Of a DNA stretch of 64,000 bases, positions 10,351-21,394 are shown piece by piece. The notes beneath the pieces were generated by a model. The model did not search any database, was not told where the DNA came from, and worked only from the letters and a program-made list of their open reading frames with translations. Origin of the DNA: an uncultured Bacteroidota bacterium (GTDB lineage: Bacteria; Bacteroidota; Bacteroidia; Chitinophagales; Chitinophagaceae); contig CAVWRD010000011.1 in NCBI GenBank assembly GCA_963757315.1, positions 1,613,682-1,677,681 of the forward strand, in the 5' to 3' direction. The translations under genes were made by a program, and so were the position numbers. How positions within the stretch are numbered: position 1 is the stretch's first letter; each line of letters starts with the position of its first letter.

Positions 10351-11768
10351 TAAGGAAAGATACCCAGCTCGGCATAAGATGTTCCGACTTTATTTATCGC
10401 AACAACATAAGCTGCAGTGCGCATATCCGGAATTGATGGATTACTTTTCCAGCAATTCATTATTTCATGAGTTGCAGTAATCATTGTCTCTTCCAGACCA
10501 CTATACACCAGATCTGCTTCTTCAGGACCGTGCATTATGAATTCTCTCTCTTTCGACCGGACATTTTTACCGGTTAATTCTTCCAATTGTCCGAGAATAT
10601 GCGTGTTAAGATTTTCCGTGAACCTCTTTTCCATCCGACCATATCTTACATGACTCAGATTTTTCAGCCATTCGAAATATGAAACGGTTACACCGCCTGC
10701 ATTTAAGTACATATCAGGAATTACCAATACACCTTTTTTTATAAAAACTTCGTCTGCTTCAGGCGTCAGCGGACCATTTGCAGCTTCTCCAATGATTTTT
10801 GCCTTTACCCGCGGAGCATTCTCACCATTAATTACATTTTCAAGTGCTGCCGGAATGAGAATATCGCACTCGAGTTCTAAAGCCTCAGTGGACTTTTTAA
10901 TATTAGTGGCGCCTGGAAAATTCAGAATAGAACCGGTTTTTTTTCTGTGTTGGAAAACTTCTTCTTCATTGAGTCCCTCAGAATTTGTTATAGCACCTTC
11001 AAATTCTGCCAGTGCGATAACTTTTGCTCCTCCCTCTCTGAAGAATTTAGCGGCATGAAAGCCCACATTGCCAAGTCCCTGAACTATTACACGCTTACCC
11101 TCTACGCCCGTTTGCAACCCAAGCTTGTCCATTACTTCTTTAATGTTACATACTTCACGAACCCCGTAGTATACGCCCAATCCGGTTGCCTCTTTTCTGC
11201 CCCTCACTCCACCCTGCGTTACTGGTTTCCCTGTTACACAACCCAGTGCGTCGATCTCACCCGGCCGCATACTCAAATAGGTATCAAGAATCCATGCCAT
11301 TTCTCTTTCACCCGTACCATAATCTGGTGCGGGCACGTCGGTACCAGGACCTATAAAATTCTTTTTAATGAGTTCTGATGTGTAACGTCGCGTAATTTTT
11401 TCCAAATCATAACTTGAATATTTCTTAGGATCAATAGCGATACCTCCCTTTGCGCCACCAAATGGTACATTTACAATTGCACACTTAAATGTCATCAAAG
11501 CCGCAAGTGCCATCACTTCATCGAGGTTTACAGAAAGCGCAAAACGGATACCTCCTTTACAGGGTGTTTTATGATGAGAATGCTGCACGCGATAAGCCTT
11601 GATTACCTCAATTTTATCCCCAATTTTAACGGGGAAGTACATGCGATAAACCGCGTTGCATTGTTTAATTTGTTCCAGAATTCCCGGATCCCAAGTTGTA
11701 AACGGAGTTGCTTTGTCGAAGCTTTTTTCTACCGCTTCAAAAAATTTATATTCATTCCTGGCAGCCAT
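10350..11768 (-). CDS. gdhA: Glu/Leu/Phe/Val-family dehydrogenase (glutamate dehydrogenase)
   Basis: Catalytic-lysine motif PFGGAKGGI. Rossmann motif GLGNVG. 472 aa. Confidence 0.88.
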   Translation of the reverse strand: MAARNEYKFFEAVEKSFDKATPFTTWDPGILEQIKQCNAVYRMYFPVKIGDKIEVIKAYRVQHSHHKTPCKGGIRFALSVNLDEVMALAALMTFKCAIVNVPFGGAKGGIAIDPKKYSSYDLEKITRRYTSELIKKNFIGPGTDVPAPDYGTGEREMAWILDTYLSMRPGEIDALGCVTGKPVTQGGVRGRKEATGLGVYYGVREVCNIKEVMDKLGLQTGVEGKRVIVQGLGNVGFHAAKFFREGGAKVIALAEFEGAITNSEGLNEEEVFQHRKKTGSILNFPGATNIKKSTEALELECDILIPAALENVINGENAPRVKAKIIGEAANGPLTPEADEVFIKKGVLVIPDMYLNAGGVTVSYFEWLKNLSHVRYGRMEKRFTENLNTHILGQLEELTGKNVRSKEREFIMHGPEEADLVYSGLEETMITATHEIMNCWKSNPSIPDMRTAAYVVAINKVGTSYAELGIFP

Positions 11769-11800
11769 ATATCGTTATTTTTTGAAAAATTAAATTCGAA

Positions 11801-12046
11801 TTATATCTTAGTTTTTTTTTCCAGTCTGCTGATTTTGCGATCAAGACTGATGAGATAAAAGAAAAGACCTCCTAAAATGATCAATAACACCGCTACAACA
11901 ACATAGATTTTCCCGTTGGAACGCATAAGCCCGGCCATCTGCGGTTTTTCTTTTTGCAAACTATCCTGTGCCTCAACGAAAATCGCCTGTATCAATCCGG
12001 CTCCTAAAAAGAATAATCGGCAAACAAACCTATTCATGTATCTCAT
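11801..12046 (-). CDS. ccmD: CcmD-family small membrane protein
   Basis: Single TM segment IYVVVAVLLIILGGLFFYL followed by a basic tail. Lies immediately after ccmC, overlapping its stop. Confidence 0.55.
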   Translation of the reverse strand: MRYMNRFVCRLFFLGAGLIQAIFVEAQDSLQKEKPQMAGLMRSNGKIYVVVAVLLIILGGLFFYLISLDRKISRLEKKTKI

Positions 12047-12704
12047 GTTTTAGAGAAAAAAGTTTAAGGCGGATTCGAAGGGTGGAAATCCATACTCCCA
12101 ATAAAGTCCAACCGGGAATTGCGCCCAGATCAAATATCAGCCGCATCCGGCTGTCAATATCCTTTGTATTAAACCCCGCGGGATTCCCCATGCCCCCGGG
12201 ATGTAGACTTTCAACAAGTCTGGGTATGATCCAGATGGTTGGGAATAACATGGAAAAAGCAAATATGTTATAAACGGAACTAATGCGGGCTGCTTTATCC
12301 ATGTCGGTGAGAGAATTCCGCAAAACAAAATAAGCGAGGTATATAAGTAATGCGATTGCCGCTCCCAATTGTTTAGGATCATTGCTCCAGAAGGCTCCCC
12401 ACGCATATTTTGCCCATACGGATCCTGTGAGAAGGCCCATTAATCCAAAAACGATACCTGTTCGTGCAAATTCAACTGCGTAAACATCATCAGCCGCCCT
12501 ATTATATCTCAGGTATCTGACGGAATACACAACAGAGATTATAAAAAAAATCATCATTGCCATCCACATGGCAACATGAAAATAGAGGTTGCGAATTGTT
12601 TCATTTAGAATAGGTTTGGCAGGAACACCTCCCAAAAAACCGGCAGTAACAGTGTAAAGCAGAAAAATGATACTCAGTATTTTCCACCAATTCTTACGAA
12701 GCAT
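12030..12704 (-). CDS. ccmC: heme exporter protein C-like (cytochrome c assembly protein)
   Basis: Polytopic 224-aa protein with a Trp-rich motif WAKYAWGAFWSNDPKQ typical of CcmC/CcsA heme-handling proteins. Confidence 0.8.
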   Translation of the reverse strand: MLRKNWWKILSIIFLLYTVTAGFLGGVPAKPILNETIRNLYFHVAMWMAMMIFFIISVVYSVRYLRYNRAADDVYAVEFARTGIVFGLMGLLTGSVWAKYAWGAFWSNDPKQLGAAIALLIYLAYFVLRNSLTDMDKAARISSVYNIFAFSMLFPTIWIIPRLVESLHPGGMGNPAGFNTKDIDSRMRLIFDLGAIPGWTLLGVWISTLRIRLKLFSLKHEIHE

Positions 12705-12859
12705 ATGGTAAACTTAAGAAAGCGGCTGCAGTTATTACCGGAACGCAAAAATAGTATAAGGCGGTCAAACCCTAAAATATGCTTAACGCCACTTCTTAAA
12801 TACATGGCGATTTATAATTGGATCCACACCTCCAAACTTCCAAACTTCCACACTTGTTT

Positions 12860-13522
12860 TCAGTCCTTCCAAAGAAATGGAAACAGAATTGAAGAAAGCA
12901 ACACGATCAGAATATCGAAACTTACCAGTAACAAGACTATTGTGACAAGGCCATTTTGAAGCACATCTGAAAAAACGATTGTTGAAAGTCTCATCATTAA
13001 CATCAGTTGTGGAATAATCAGCGGAAAACCCAGGATCGCCATAAGAGCGGCGTTTTGCTGAGCTCTTGCAGCTATGGCTGCCAAAAAACTAAAAATCAGA
13101 CTTATACTACATGCTCCAAAACAAGAAATGCCGATAAAAGCGACCGGATGAACAATCGGAAGACCTAATAAAAATGCAAATATCATGAGGCTTAAAATGT
13201 TCATCAGCAACATTAGCAGAGCATTGAAAATCATTCTTGCTAAAATGAAATGTAGGGGACTACATAAAGAATAAAAATAAATTTGCCGGCCCCTGCCTTC
13301 CTGAAGAAATGTTTTCGCAATTGCATTTACGCAAATAAACAACTGCATCATCCAAAAAAGTCCATTCCATACTGTACTTTCCGGCTGACCCATGGCCAGA
13401 TAAAGTACAAAAATGGTAGAAGCCACATAGAGCAAAACACCGTAAAAACTGTATTGCTGTCTAAATTCCAGTAAAATATCCTTTTTAACGAGCGTGAAAA
13501 TAAGGTGAAGGGTTGTTTTCAT
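12860..13522 (-). CDS. ccmB: heme exporter protein B-like ABC permease
   Basis: 220-aa, six-TM protein of CcmB size and hydrophobicity pattern. Sits upstream of ccmC. Confidence 0.7.
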   Translation of the reverse strand: MKTTLHLIFTLVKKDILLEFRQQYSFYGVLLYVASTIFVLYLAMGQPESTVWNGLFWMMQLFICVNAIAKTFLQEGRGRQIYFYSLCSPLHFILARMIFNALLMLLMNILSLMIFAFLLGLPIVHPVAFIGISCFGACSISLIFSFLAAIAARAQQNAALMAILGFPLIIPQLMLMMRLSTIVFSDVLQNGLVTIVLLLVSFDILIVLLSSILFPFLWKD

Positions 13523-13534
13523 TTTTCTTTAAAA

Positions 13535-14113
13535 TTATTTTAACAAATCACCTTTGTCGAAGCAAATCCTACATCTTGGTTCGTATAAGTCCTTGCTACC
13601 AATTAAAAATAGCGCGGCATTTCCTGTTTTTCTATAGGAATAGTTCGCAATATTCCCACATTGCATACATATGGCATGCAACTTGGTAATGTATTCTGCC
13701 TTGGATAGAAGCGCTGGAATTTGTCCGAATGGGTTTCCGAGATAATCCATATCAAGACCAGCCACGATAACGCGAGTGCCCTGCAATGCAAGCTGATCAC
13801 ACACATCTGGAAGAGCATCATCGAAGAACTGAGCTTCGTCTATGCCAACCACATCGACCGTTGAAACCTGCTCCAGTATTGCATTTGCGCCCGCGACAGG
13901 TATTGATTGGATGCTGTTTTCATCGTGGGACACGATATTTTCAACGTGAAACCTTTTGTCGGACTCTGGTTTGAAAATACCAACACGGAGGTTGGCAATT
14001 CGTGCCCTGCGTAGTCTCCTGATTAGTTCTTCTGTTTTTCCGGAGAACATAGATCCGCAAATCACTTCAATCCAACCACGTTTATTAAACTGAATATCGG
14101 GCTCTATAAACAT
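13535..14113 (-). CDS. tdk: thymidine kinase
   Basis: P-loop GSMFSGKT, DEAQFF, and C-terminal Cys pairs (CMQCG, CRIC). Confidence 0.92.
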   Translation of the reverse strand: MFIEPDIQFNKRGWIEVICGSMFSGKTEELIRRLRRARIANLRVGIFKPESDKRFHVENIVSHDENSIQSIPVAGANAILEQVSTVDVVGIDEAQFFDDALPDVCDQLALQGTRVIVAGLDMDYLGNPFGQIPALLSKAEYITKLHAICMQCGNIANYSYRKTGNAALFLIGSKDLYEPRCRICFDKGDLLK

Positions 14114-14180
14114 AGTTCGCAGGAATTTGGATAAATATTTGCATTAAATTTATAAAACATTTCATCTCCCACTATAAGTA

Positions 14181-14867
14181 ATGGAACGGTTGCAGCAACT
14201 CATCAGCAAGTTAAATGAACAATGCGAACAAAACGAAAGTGCGCTTCAAATGCTTGTTACCCTGAAACAGATAGAAGCAGAACTCACGCAAATTCATACA
14301 GTAACGATAACCGGAAGAAAAAGTCCGGGTGTTTCCGTCGTTATGCCATCTCTGAGTTTCTCTTATAAGATGAAAGAAGATTATGCTCAGAAAATGGAAA
14401 AAGTGGTTTCTTCGGAAAAAGAAGAAACGAATCTTCACACGCAAGAGACGATTGTAGTTCCAATCAGCCATCAAGCCTGGATGGGGGATCCAATGTTAGA
14501 GATTCCGACCTTATCCCATCAATCAGTTAACAAGGAAATAAATGATCTGATTGGCAGTAACAGCCCGTCTATCAACGAAAAGCTAAAAACCGGCAATTTC
14601 ACTGAATTGGGATCCACGTTAAAAGGATCTCCTGTAAAAGAATTGAGAAAAGCCATCGGTGTAAATGACAGGTTTTTATTTATCAATGAATTATTTCGTG
14701 GAGATGAGGCGATGTATGAAAGAAGCATCAAAACCATTAATAACTTTCGCATCTTGCCTGAAGCTGAATACTGGATGGAAAGAGAATTGAAGATTAAGAT
14801 CGGCTGGGACGATTCGAGAGATATTGTTCAACATTTTTATCAATTGGTAAGAAGACGGTTTTCCTGA
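14181..14867 (+). CDS. hypothetical protein
   Basis: 228-aa ORF with coding-like composition and no motif recognised. Confidence 0.5.
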   Translation: MERLQQLISKLNEQCEQNESALQMLVTLKQIEAELTQIHTVTITGRKSPGVSVVMPSLSFSYKMKEDYAQKMEKVVSSEKEETNLHTQETIVVPISHQAWMGDPMLEIPTLSHQSVNKEINDLIGSNSPSINEKLKTGNFTELGSTLKGSPVKELRKAIGVNDRFLFINELFRGDEAMYERSIKTINNFRILPEAEYWMERELKIKIGWDDSRDIVQHFYQLVRRRFS

Positions 14868-16126
14868 ATGTACCGGACAATTTTATCAGTCGCACCTCTT
14901 CGGGCGTAAACATAATTACGGGCTGCTTTGCTGTGAAACGTATATTCTTCATCATTTTTGAATAATCGATTGAATGCAGATTCGGCTTCAAGGGCATTGT
15001 CAATAATTATTACCCCGCCAAGATCCGCCAATTCCATCACTTCAATAAACTTTTCAATCACAGGTCCGGTAACGACAGGTTTCCCGTAAACAGCAGCCTC
15101 CAATACATTGTGCACACCGTCATCTCCAAAACCACCACCCACATAGCATATTTTCGCATAAGAGTAAAGGCGGGCCAACATACCAATATTGTCAATAATA
15201 AGGACATTCACCTTTTCAAGATTAACTGATTGCAACTCCTGCGATATGGGTGATAAATAATGTTTTTCCAAAACTGAATATCGAATGGAATTTCGAAAGA
15301 GCGTTTCCATATCTTTAAGATGGCTCTCATCAATCTCATGCGGAGCGATTATGAATTTTACATCCTGATGTGTATTGGCAAAATGGTCGAGCTCCTCTTC
15401 ATCTTCCTCCCAGGTGCTACCTGCAACAATAACTGAATGATCTGTGCAGAAAGCTTCAATTACCTGAAGAGGTTGTAATGCTTCAGCAATTTCTATTACT
15501 CTGTCAAAACGGGTATCGCCACTAACAAAAACCGATTTCTCAATTCCCAATGTTTTTAATAATAGTTTCGAGTCTTCGTTCTGGACAAAAAATGCGTGAA
15601 AACTATCAAGCATCAGGCGGTGAATATTGCCGTACCATTTAAAGAACGGCTGATCTGAACGAAAAACCGGAGAAACAAGCAGTGCGGGTATTTTTCTTTT
15701 TTGTAACTCGCGCAGATAATAATACCAGTAGTCATATTTAATCCAAATAACAAGTTTTGGATTTAGGAGATCAAGCCATCGTTTTGCATTGGCGGCTGAA
15801 TCCATCGGAAGGTAAAAAACATGATCGGCCCCCCCGTAATCTTTCCTGATCTCATAACCTGAGGGCGAAAAAAAACTGATGATGATGGTGGTCGCCGGAT
15901 ATGTTCTTTTAAGTGATTCAATTACCGGTCTTCCCTGCTCAAATTCACCCAGAGAAGCGCAATGCATCCATATCCTTTCGTTTCCTTTTATCTGGGCATT
16001 TTTGATAGTGGAAAATATCCCTTTCCGACCTCTAATCCAAAGTGCTGCCTTTGAGTTCCAGGGAGAAACAAGCCGGACACATATCTGATATAGATGAAGA
16101 AAAAGATTATATAAAATGATAGTCAA
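14840..16126 (-). CDS. waaA: 3-deoxy-D-manno-octulosonic acid (Kdo) transferase
   Basis: HCASLGEFEQGRPVIE motif and overall KdtA/WaaA architecture. 428 aa. Confidence 0.88.
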   Translation of the reverse strand: MTIILYNLFLHLYQICVRLVSPWNSKAALWIRGRKGIFSTIKNAQIKGNERIWMHCASLGEFEQGRPVIESLKRTYPATTIIISFFSPSGYEIRKDYGGADHVFYLPMDSAANAKRWLDLLNPKLVIWIKYDYWYYYLRELQKRKIPALLVSPVFRSDQPFFKWYGNIHRLMLDSFHAFFVQNEDSKLLLKTLGIEKSVFVSGDTRFDRVIEIAEALQPLQVIEAFCTDHSVIVAGSTWEEDEEELDHFANTHQDVKFIIAPHEIDESHLKDMETLFRNSIRYSVLEKHYLSPISQELQSVNLEKVNVLIIDNIGMLARLYSYAKICYVGGGFGDDGVHNVLEAAVYGKPVVTGPVIEKFIEVMELADLGGVIIIDNALEAESAFNRLFKNDEEYTFHSKAARNYVYARRGATDKIVRYIQENRLLTN

Positions 16127-16246
16127 TGAAGATTGTTAAATGTTTATGCAGGCAAATGTAATCCTTTCCCATAACGTTCATAACTGATTGAGTCATTGCA
16201 TATACCATTATTTTAATGTAGGTTTGTGCCCGTTAATAAAGAGCTT

Positions 16247-17374
16247 ATGCGACCGATTCAAATGGTTGATCTCAAGGGTCAGTATAACAGTATAAAAAAC
16301 GAAATAGATCTCGCAATTCGGGAAGTTTTGGAAACAACTGCGTTCATTAACGGCAAACAGGTAGTTGATTTTACCAGGAACCTGGCTGCCTATCTGGGAA
16401 TTGAAAACGTAATACCCTGCGCTAATGGCACCGATGCGTTACAAATAGCATTGATGGGATTGGGTCTTGAACCCGGGGACGAGGTAATCACCCCCTCCTT
16501 TACCTTTATCGCAACGACAGAAGTGGTGGCGCTTCTCCGCCTGAAACCGGTTTTTGCCGATGTAGATTTAAAAACGTTTTGTCTGGATCCGGGTTCCATC
16601 GAAAAACAGATTACAAAAAAAACCAAAGCTATCGTTCCGGTACACTTATATGGACAATCTGCCCCAATGCAGGAAATTATGGAATTGGCAGAGAAATACA
16701 ACTTAATGGTGGTTGAGGACAATGCGCAGGCTATTGGCAGCGATTACCATTTTCCAGATGGAAAGAAGTATAAAACGGGAACTATCGGCACAGTAGGTAC
16801 CACTTCTTTTTTCCCTTCCAAAAATCTAGGAGCTTACGGAGATGGTGGCGCACTGTTTACAAAAGACAGTTCTCTTGCTGAAACCTTTAAAATGATTGCT
16901 AATCATGGACAGAAAAAAAGGTATTATCACGAAATCGTTGGTTGCAATAGCAGACTCGATTCACTTCAGGCCGCTGTTCTCAATGTAAAATTGAATTTGC
17001 TGGATGGATACATAAACAGACGCAGATCAGCCGCAGATTTTTATGATAAGGCTTTTAAAGATCATCCAAAAATTATCACGCCTTACCGGGCTCCTTACAC
17101 GAAACATGTTTTTCATCAATATACACTGATTATGGAAGGTGCAGACAGAAATAAGCTCAATGAGTACCTTGCCTCAAAGGGGATTCCATCGATGATATAT
17201 TATCCCGTACCTGTTCACCGGCAAAAAATGTTTTCGTCTTTTGAAACCGGCTCACAGATTTTGGAGAATACTGACTGGCTTACTGAACGGGTGATCTCTC
17301 TGCCGATGCATACGGAACTTGACGATGAACAGCTCGACGTGATAAGCAGTACTGTCCTGGAATTCTTAAATTAA
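16247..17374 (+). CDS. DegT/DnrJ/EryC1/StrS-family PLP-dependent sugar aminotransferase
   Basis: MVDLKGQY N-terminus. PLP-lysine region SFFPSKNLG. I prefer ATG 16247 over the GTG at 16226 used by the ORF track. Confidence 0.88.
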   Translation: MRPIQMVDLKGQYNSIKNEIDLAIREVLETTAFINGKQVVDFTRNLAAYLGIENVIPCANGTDALQIALMGLGLEPGDEVITPSFTFIATTEVVALLRLKPVFADVDLKTFCLDPGSIEKQITKKTKAIVPVHLYGQSAPMQEIMELAEKYNLMVVEDNAQAIGSDYHFPDGKKYKTGTIGTVGTTSFFPSKNLGAYGDGGALFTKDSSLAETFKMIANHGQKKRYYHEIVGCNSRLDSLQAAVLNVKLNLLDGYINRRRSAADFYDKAFKDHPKIITPYRAPYTKHVFHQYTLIMEGADRNKLNEYLASKGIPSMIYYPVPVHRQKMFSSFETGSQILENTDWLTERVISLPMHTELDDEQLDVISSTVLEFLN

Positions 17375-17404
17375 CCTACCATATATTAAACAATAAACCT
17401 TATA

Positions 17405-18748
17405 ATGAAAATTGCTATTGTTGGAACCGGATACGTGGGTCTTGTAACCGGTACTTGTTTTTCGGAGACCGGAAACGATGTAGTTTGCATCGATATCGAC
17501 AGTAAAAAAATTGAAAAACTTAGTAAAGGAGAAATTACTATTTATGAACCCGGGTTAAATAAATTGTTCCTCCGAAATCTTAAGGAAGACAGGTTGACTT
17601 TTACCACTGATTTGGCTACGGGCATTAAAGACGCTGCCATTATTTTCCTTGCACTTCCAACGCCGCCTGGTGCCGATGGTTCCGCGGATCTCAGATTTGT
17701 ACTGGATGTTGCTGACAAATTGGGGAAATTGATAACTGATTACAAAATCATAGTAGACAAGAGTACTGTACCTGTCGGTACTGCAGAAAAAGTACGCGAT
17801 GCCATATCTAAAAATTGCAAAACTGAATTTGACGTAGTATCTAATCCGGAATTTCTGCGGGAAGGAGTTGCAGTAGACGACTTTATGAAACCGGACAGAG
17901 TGGTAATTGGAACTACTTCTGAGAGGGCACGTAAAATTATGGACGAACTATATAATCCGTTTGTGCGTCAGGGAAATCCGATCATATATATGAATGAAAG
18001 ATCCGCAGAACTCACAAAGTATGCGGCCAACTCTTTCCTGGCAACCAAAATTACTTTTATGAATGAGATTGCGCAGATCTGTGAAAGATTAGGCGCAGAT
18101 GTCGATATGGTGAGACGCGGGATAGGCAGCGATGAGCGAATAGGAAAACGTTTTTTATTCCCCGGAATCGGTTATGGTGGAAGTTGTTTTCCGAAAGATG
18201 TGCAGGCACTCGTCCAATCATCGAACGATGTCAATTATGAATTCAAAATCCTGAAAGCAGTAATGGAAGTTAATGAGAAACAGAAAATTCATTTAATATC
18301 AAAAATCAGGAAATATTTTGACGGTCAACTCAAAGGGAAACATTTCGCGCTTTGGGGATTGGCCTTCAAACCCAACACCGACGATATTCGCGAGGCGCCA
18401 GCATTATATCTTATTGACGCCCTGAAAAAAGAAGGTTGTACACTTTCAGTATATGATCCGGAAGCTATGAATAATGTCAAAGCGGTGATTGGAGATATTG
18501 TAGAATATGGCGAGAATCAATATGAGGTACTCGACAATGCGGATGCGCTTATTATCGCAACTGAATGGAACGAATTTCGAACGCCCAATTTTTTGAAAAT
18601 GGTAACTTCAATGAAAAATAAAGTGATTTTTGACGGTCGAAATCTATTCGATGTGAATGCTATAGGCAATTTGGGATTTTACTATGAAAGTATCGGGCGA
18701 GATGCTTCGATTCCGACTAACGGCTATTATCGTAAAAATATCGTATGA
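17405..18748 (+). CDS. ugd: UDP-glucose 6-dehydrogenase
   Basis: GTGYVG Rossmann motif. Catalytic Cys motif GGSCFPKD. Confidence 0.92.
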   Translation: MKIAIVGTGYVGLVTGTCFSETGNDVVCIDIDSKKIEKLSKGEITIYEPGLNKLFLRNLKEDRLTFTTDLATGIKDAAIIFLALPTPPGADGSADLRFVLDVADKLGKLITDYKIIVDKSTVPVGTAEKVRDAISKNCKTEFDVVSNPEFLREGVAVDDFMKPDRVVIGTTSERARKIMDELYNPFVRQGNPIIYMNERSAELTKYAANSFLATKITFMNEIAQICERLGADVDMVRRGIGSDERIGKRFLFPGIGYGGSCFPKDVQALVQSSNDVNYEFKILKAVMEVNEKQKIHLISKIRKYFDGQLKGKHFALWGLAFKPNTDDIREAPALYLIDALKKEGCTLSVYDPEAMNNVKAVIGDIVEYGENQYEVLDNADALIIATEWNEFRTPNFLKMVTSMKNKVIFDGRNLFDVNAIGNLGFYYESIGRDASIPTNGYYRKNIV

Positions 18749-19725
18749 GTAAAAAGCGGGTACTCATAACAGGAGCAGCAGGGTTTTTAGGTTCCCATCT
18801 TTGTGATAGATTTATCAAGGAGGGACATCATGTGATCGGAATGGACAATCTTATAACCGGTGATCTAAAAAATATCCAACATCTTTTTAAGCTTGAAGAA
18901 TTTGAATTCTATCATCAGGATGTAAGCAAATATATTCATGTACCCGGCGAACTACATTATATTTTGCATTTTGCATCACCGGCCAGTCCGATTGATTATT
19001 TAAAAATCCCAATTCAGACTTTGAAAGTAGGTTCGCTTGGTACTCATCACTGTCTTGGACTTGCAAAATCAAAAGGTGCGCGTATTTTAGTTGCGTCCAC
19101 CTCAGAAATATATGGAGATCCATTGGTACATCCCCAACCAGAAGAGTACTGGGGAAACGTAAACCCGGTCGGTCCGCGCGGCGTATACGATGAAGCAAAA
19201 AGATTCCAGGAAGCTATAACAATGGCATATCACAGTTTTCACAAACTGGAAACTCGAATCGTTAGAATTTTCAATACTTATGGTCCACGCATGCGTCTGA
19301 ATGACGGTCGTGCCCTCCCGGCTTTTATAGGGCAAGCATTGCGTGGAGAGGATCTCACTGTATTCGGTGATGGAAGTCAGACCCGTTCATTTTGTTATGT
19401 GGATGATTTGATTGAAGGCATTTATCGACTGCTGTTAAGCGATTATTCCCTGCCCGTTAACATCGGAAATCCTTCAGAAATTTCCCTAAAAGATTTTGCC
19501 GAAGAAGTGATTGCACTTGCAGGCACAAATCACAAAATAATTTACAAACCTTTGCCGGCAGATGATCCAAAACAAAGAAAACCGGATATCAGTAAAGCAA
19601 AAAAAATATTGGGCTGGGAGCCAAAAGTCAACCGAAAAGAAGGCCTCAAAATTACGTATGAGTATTTTAAATCTCTTCCCCCGGAAGAATGGTTTAAACA
19701 ACCGAAAGAATTTAAAAGTTTGTAG
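18745..19725 (+). CDS. UDP-glucuronate decarboxylase (UDP-xylose synthase), SDR family
   Basis: GAAGFLGSH, and YDEAKR (YxxxK). ATGA overlap with ugd. Confidence 0.88.
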   Translation: MSKKRVLITGAAGFLGSHLCDRFIKEGHHVIGMDNLITGDLKNIQHLFKLEEFEFYHQDVSKYIHVPGELHYILHFASPASPIDYLKIPIQTLKVGSLGTHHCLGLAKSKGARILVASTSEIYGDPLVHPQPEEYWGNVNPVGPRGVYDEAKRFQEAITMAYHSFHKLETRIVRIFNTYGPRMRLNDGRALPAFIGQALRGEDLTVFGDGSQTRSFCYVDDLIEGIYRLLLSDYSLPVNIGNPSEISLKDFAEEVIALAGTNHKIIYKPLPADDPKQRKPDISKAKKILGWEPKVNRKEGLKITYEYFKSLPPEEWFKQPKEFKSL

Positions 19726-19778
19726 GAAACATGAAACGGGATTTAATTTCTGAATCAATACCCGATATTAAAAACAAT

Positions 19779-20839
19779 ATGAATTCGCCAAAAAAAAAAT
19801 CTTAATAACCGGAGGTGCGGGATTTATAGGATCACATCTTGTAAGATTGTTTGTCAACAAATATTCAGATTACCTGATCGTTAATCTCGACGCATTAACA
19901 TATGCCGGAAACCTGGAAAATCTGAGAGACGTTGAATCCCTCCCAAACTATATTTTTGAAAAAGGCGATATTACCAATCAGGAATTTATTTTTTCATTAT
20001 TTGACAAATATGAATTTGACGCTGTCCTCCACCTGGCTGCAGAAAGTCATGTAGATCGTTCCATTACGGATCCTCTGGCCTTTGTTAAAACAAATGTGAT
20101 GGGAACCTGCACTCTTTTGAATGTTTGTCGTAATAAATGGAATAATGATTGGGATCAGAAACTTTTTTATCATGTTTCGACAGATGAAGTATATGGATCT
20201 CTTGGAAAAGAAGGATATTTTACTGAAACTACACCATATGATCCACGTTCACCCTATTCCGCTTCTAAAGCTTCATCCGACCATTTTGTAATGGCCTATC
20301 ACCACACTTACGGCTTACCAGTCATCATATCCAATTGTTCTAACAATTATGGATCCTATCATTTCCCGGAAAAACTGATTCCGTTAATGATCATAAATAT
20401 AAAAGGCAAGCGACCACTGCCTGTGTATGGTAAAGGTGAGAATATTCGCGACTGGTTATATGTAAATGATCACGTGAGAGCGATTGATCTTATTTTTCAT
20501 AAAGGAAAAATTGGTGATAAATATAATATTGGAGGATTTAATGAATGGAAAAATATTGACCTCGTATACTTACTATGTGAAATAATGGATGGGAAACTGG
20601 GACGAAAGCCCGGAGATTCTGCAAAGCTCATTCAATTTGTAACAGACAGGCCCGGACATGATATGCGTTACGCTGTAGACTCAGCTAAACTAAGCAGAGA
20701 GTTGGGATGGAAGCCTTCGCTCCAATTTAAGGAAGGATTGGAAAAAACTGTTGACTGGTACCTGGCTAATGAAAAATGGGTTGAACAAATAACGTCAGGG
20801 GAATACAAAAGCTATTATGAAAAACAATACGCTAAATAA
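19779..20839 (+). pseudogene. rfbB: dTDP-glucose 4,6-dehydratase, disrupted by a -1 frameshift in an A10 tract near the start
   Basis: ATG 19779 reads MNSPKKKS then stop. The Rossmann segment KILITGGAGFIGSH lies in the +2 frame with no start codon after the in-frame stop at 19769. An A11 tract would give MNSPKKKILITGGAGFIGSH. Downstream YSASKASSDH confirms the family. Confidence 0.8.
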
Positions 20840-21393
20840 TGCCATTTACGGAAAACTTTATAAACGGGATAACTATTTTCGAACCGAAAGTTTATCCTGA
20901 TCAGCGTGGATTCTTTTTTGAGTCATACAACAAACAACTGTTTCATGACAACGGAATTACTACTGAATTTATACAGGATAATCAATCCTTTTCAGTCTAC
21001 GGAGTCATTCGCGGACTTCACTACCAAAGGGAGCCATTTGCGCAGGCCAAATTAGTTCGTGTGCTGGAAGGCAGTATTCTTGATGTGGTTCTGGACATAC
21101 GTGCAAAATCTCCGACATTTGGTAAAACATACAGTATTGTATTATCATCCGACAATAAAAAACAAATATTTGTTCCTAAAGGTTTTGCCCACGGATTCTC
21201 AGTACTAAGCGAAACAGCTGTTATTTCCTATAAATGCGATCAGTTTTACAATAAGCAAAGTGAAGGGGGTATTCGTTTTAACGATCCTGGTTTGAATATT
21301 GACTGGCAAATACCTGCGGATAAAATATTGATTTCTGAAAAAGATGAACAGTTACCTGAATTTGATCCAATAATGAAAGATTTTATTTTTTAA
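20839..21393 (+). CDS. rfbC: dTDP-4-dehydrorhamnose 3,5-epimerase
   Basis: Cupin motifs RGFFFE, RGLHYQ and GFAHGF. 184 aa. Confidence 0.92.
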   Translation: MPFTENFINGITIFEPKVYPDQRGFFFESYNKQLFHDNGITTEFIQDNQSFSVYGVIRGLHYQREPFAQAKLVRVLEGSILDVVLDIRAKSPTFGKTYSIVLSSDNKKQIFVPKGFAHGFSVLSETAVISYKCDQFYNKQSEGGIRFNDPGLNIDWQIPADKILISEKDEQLPEFDPIMKDFIF

Positions 21394-21394
21394 A

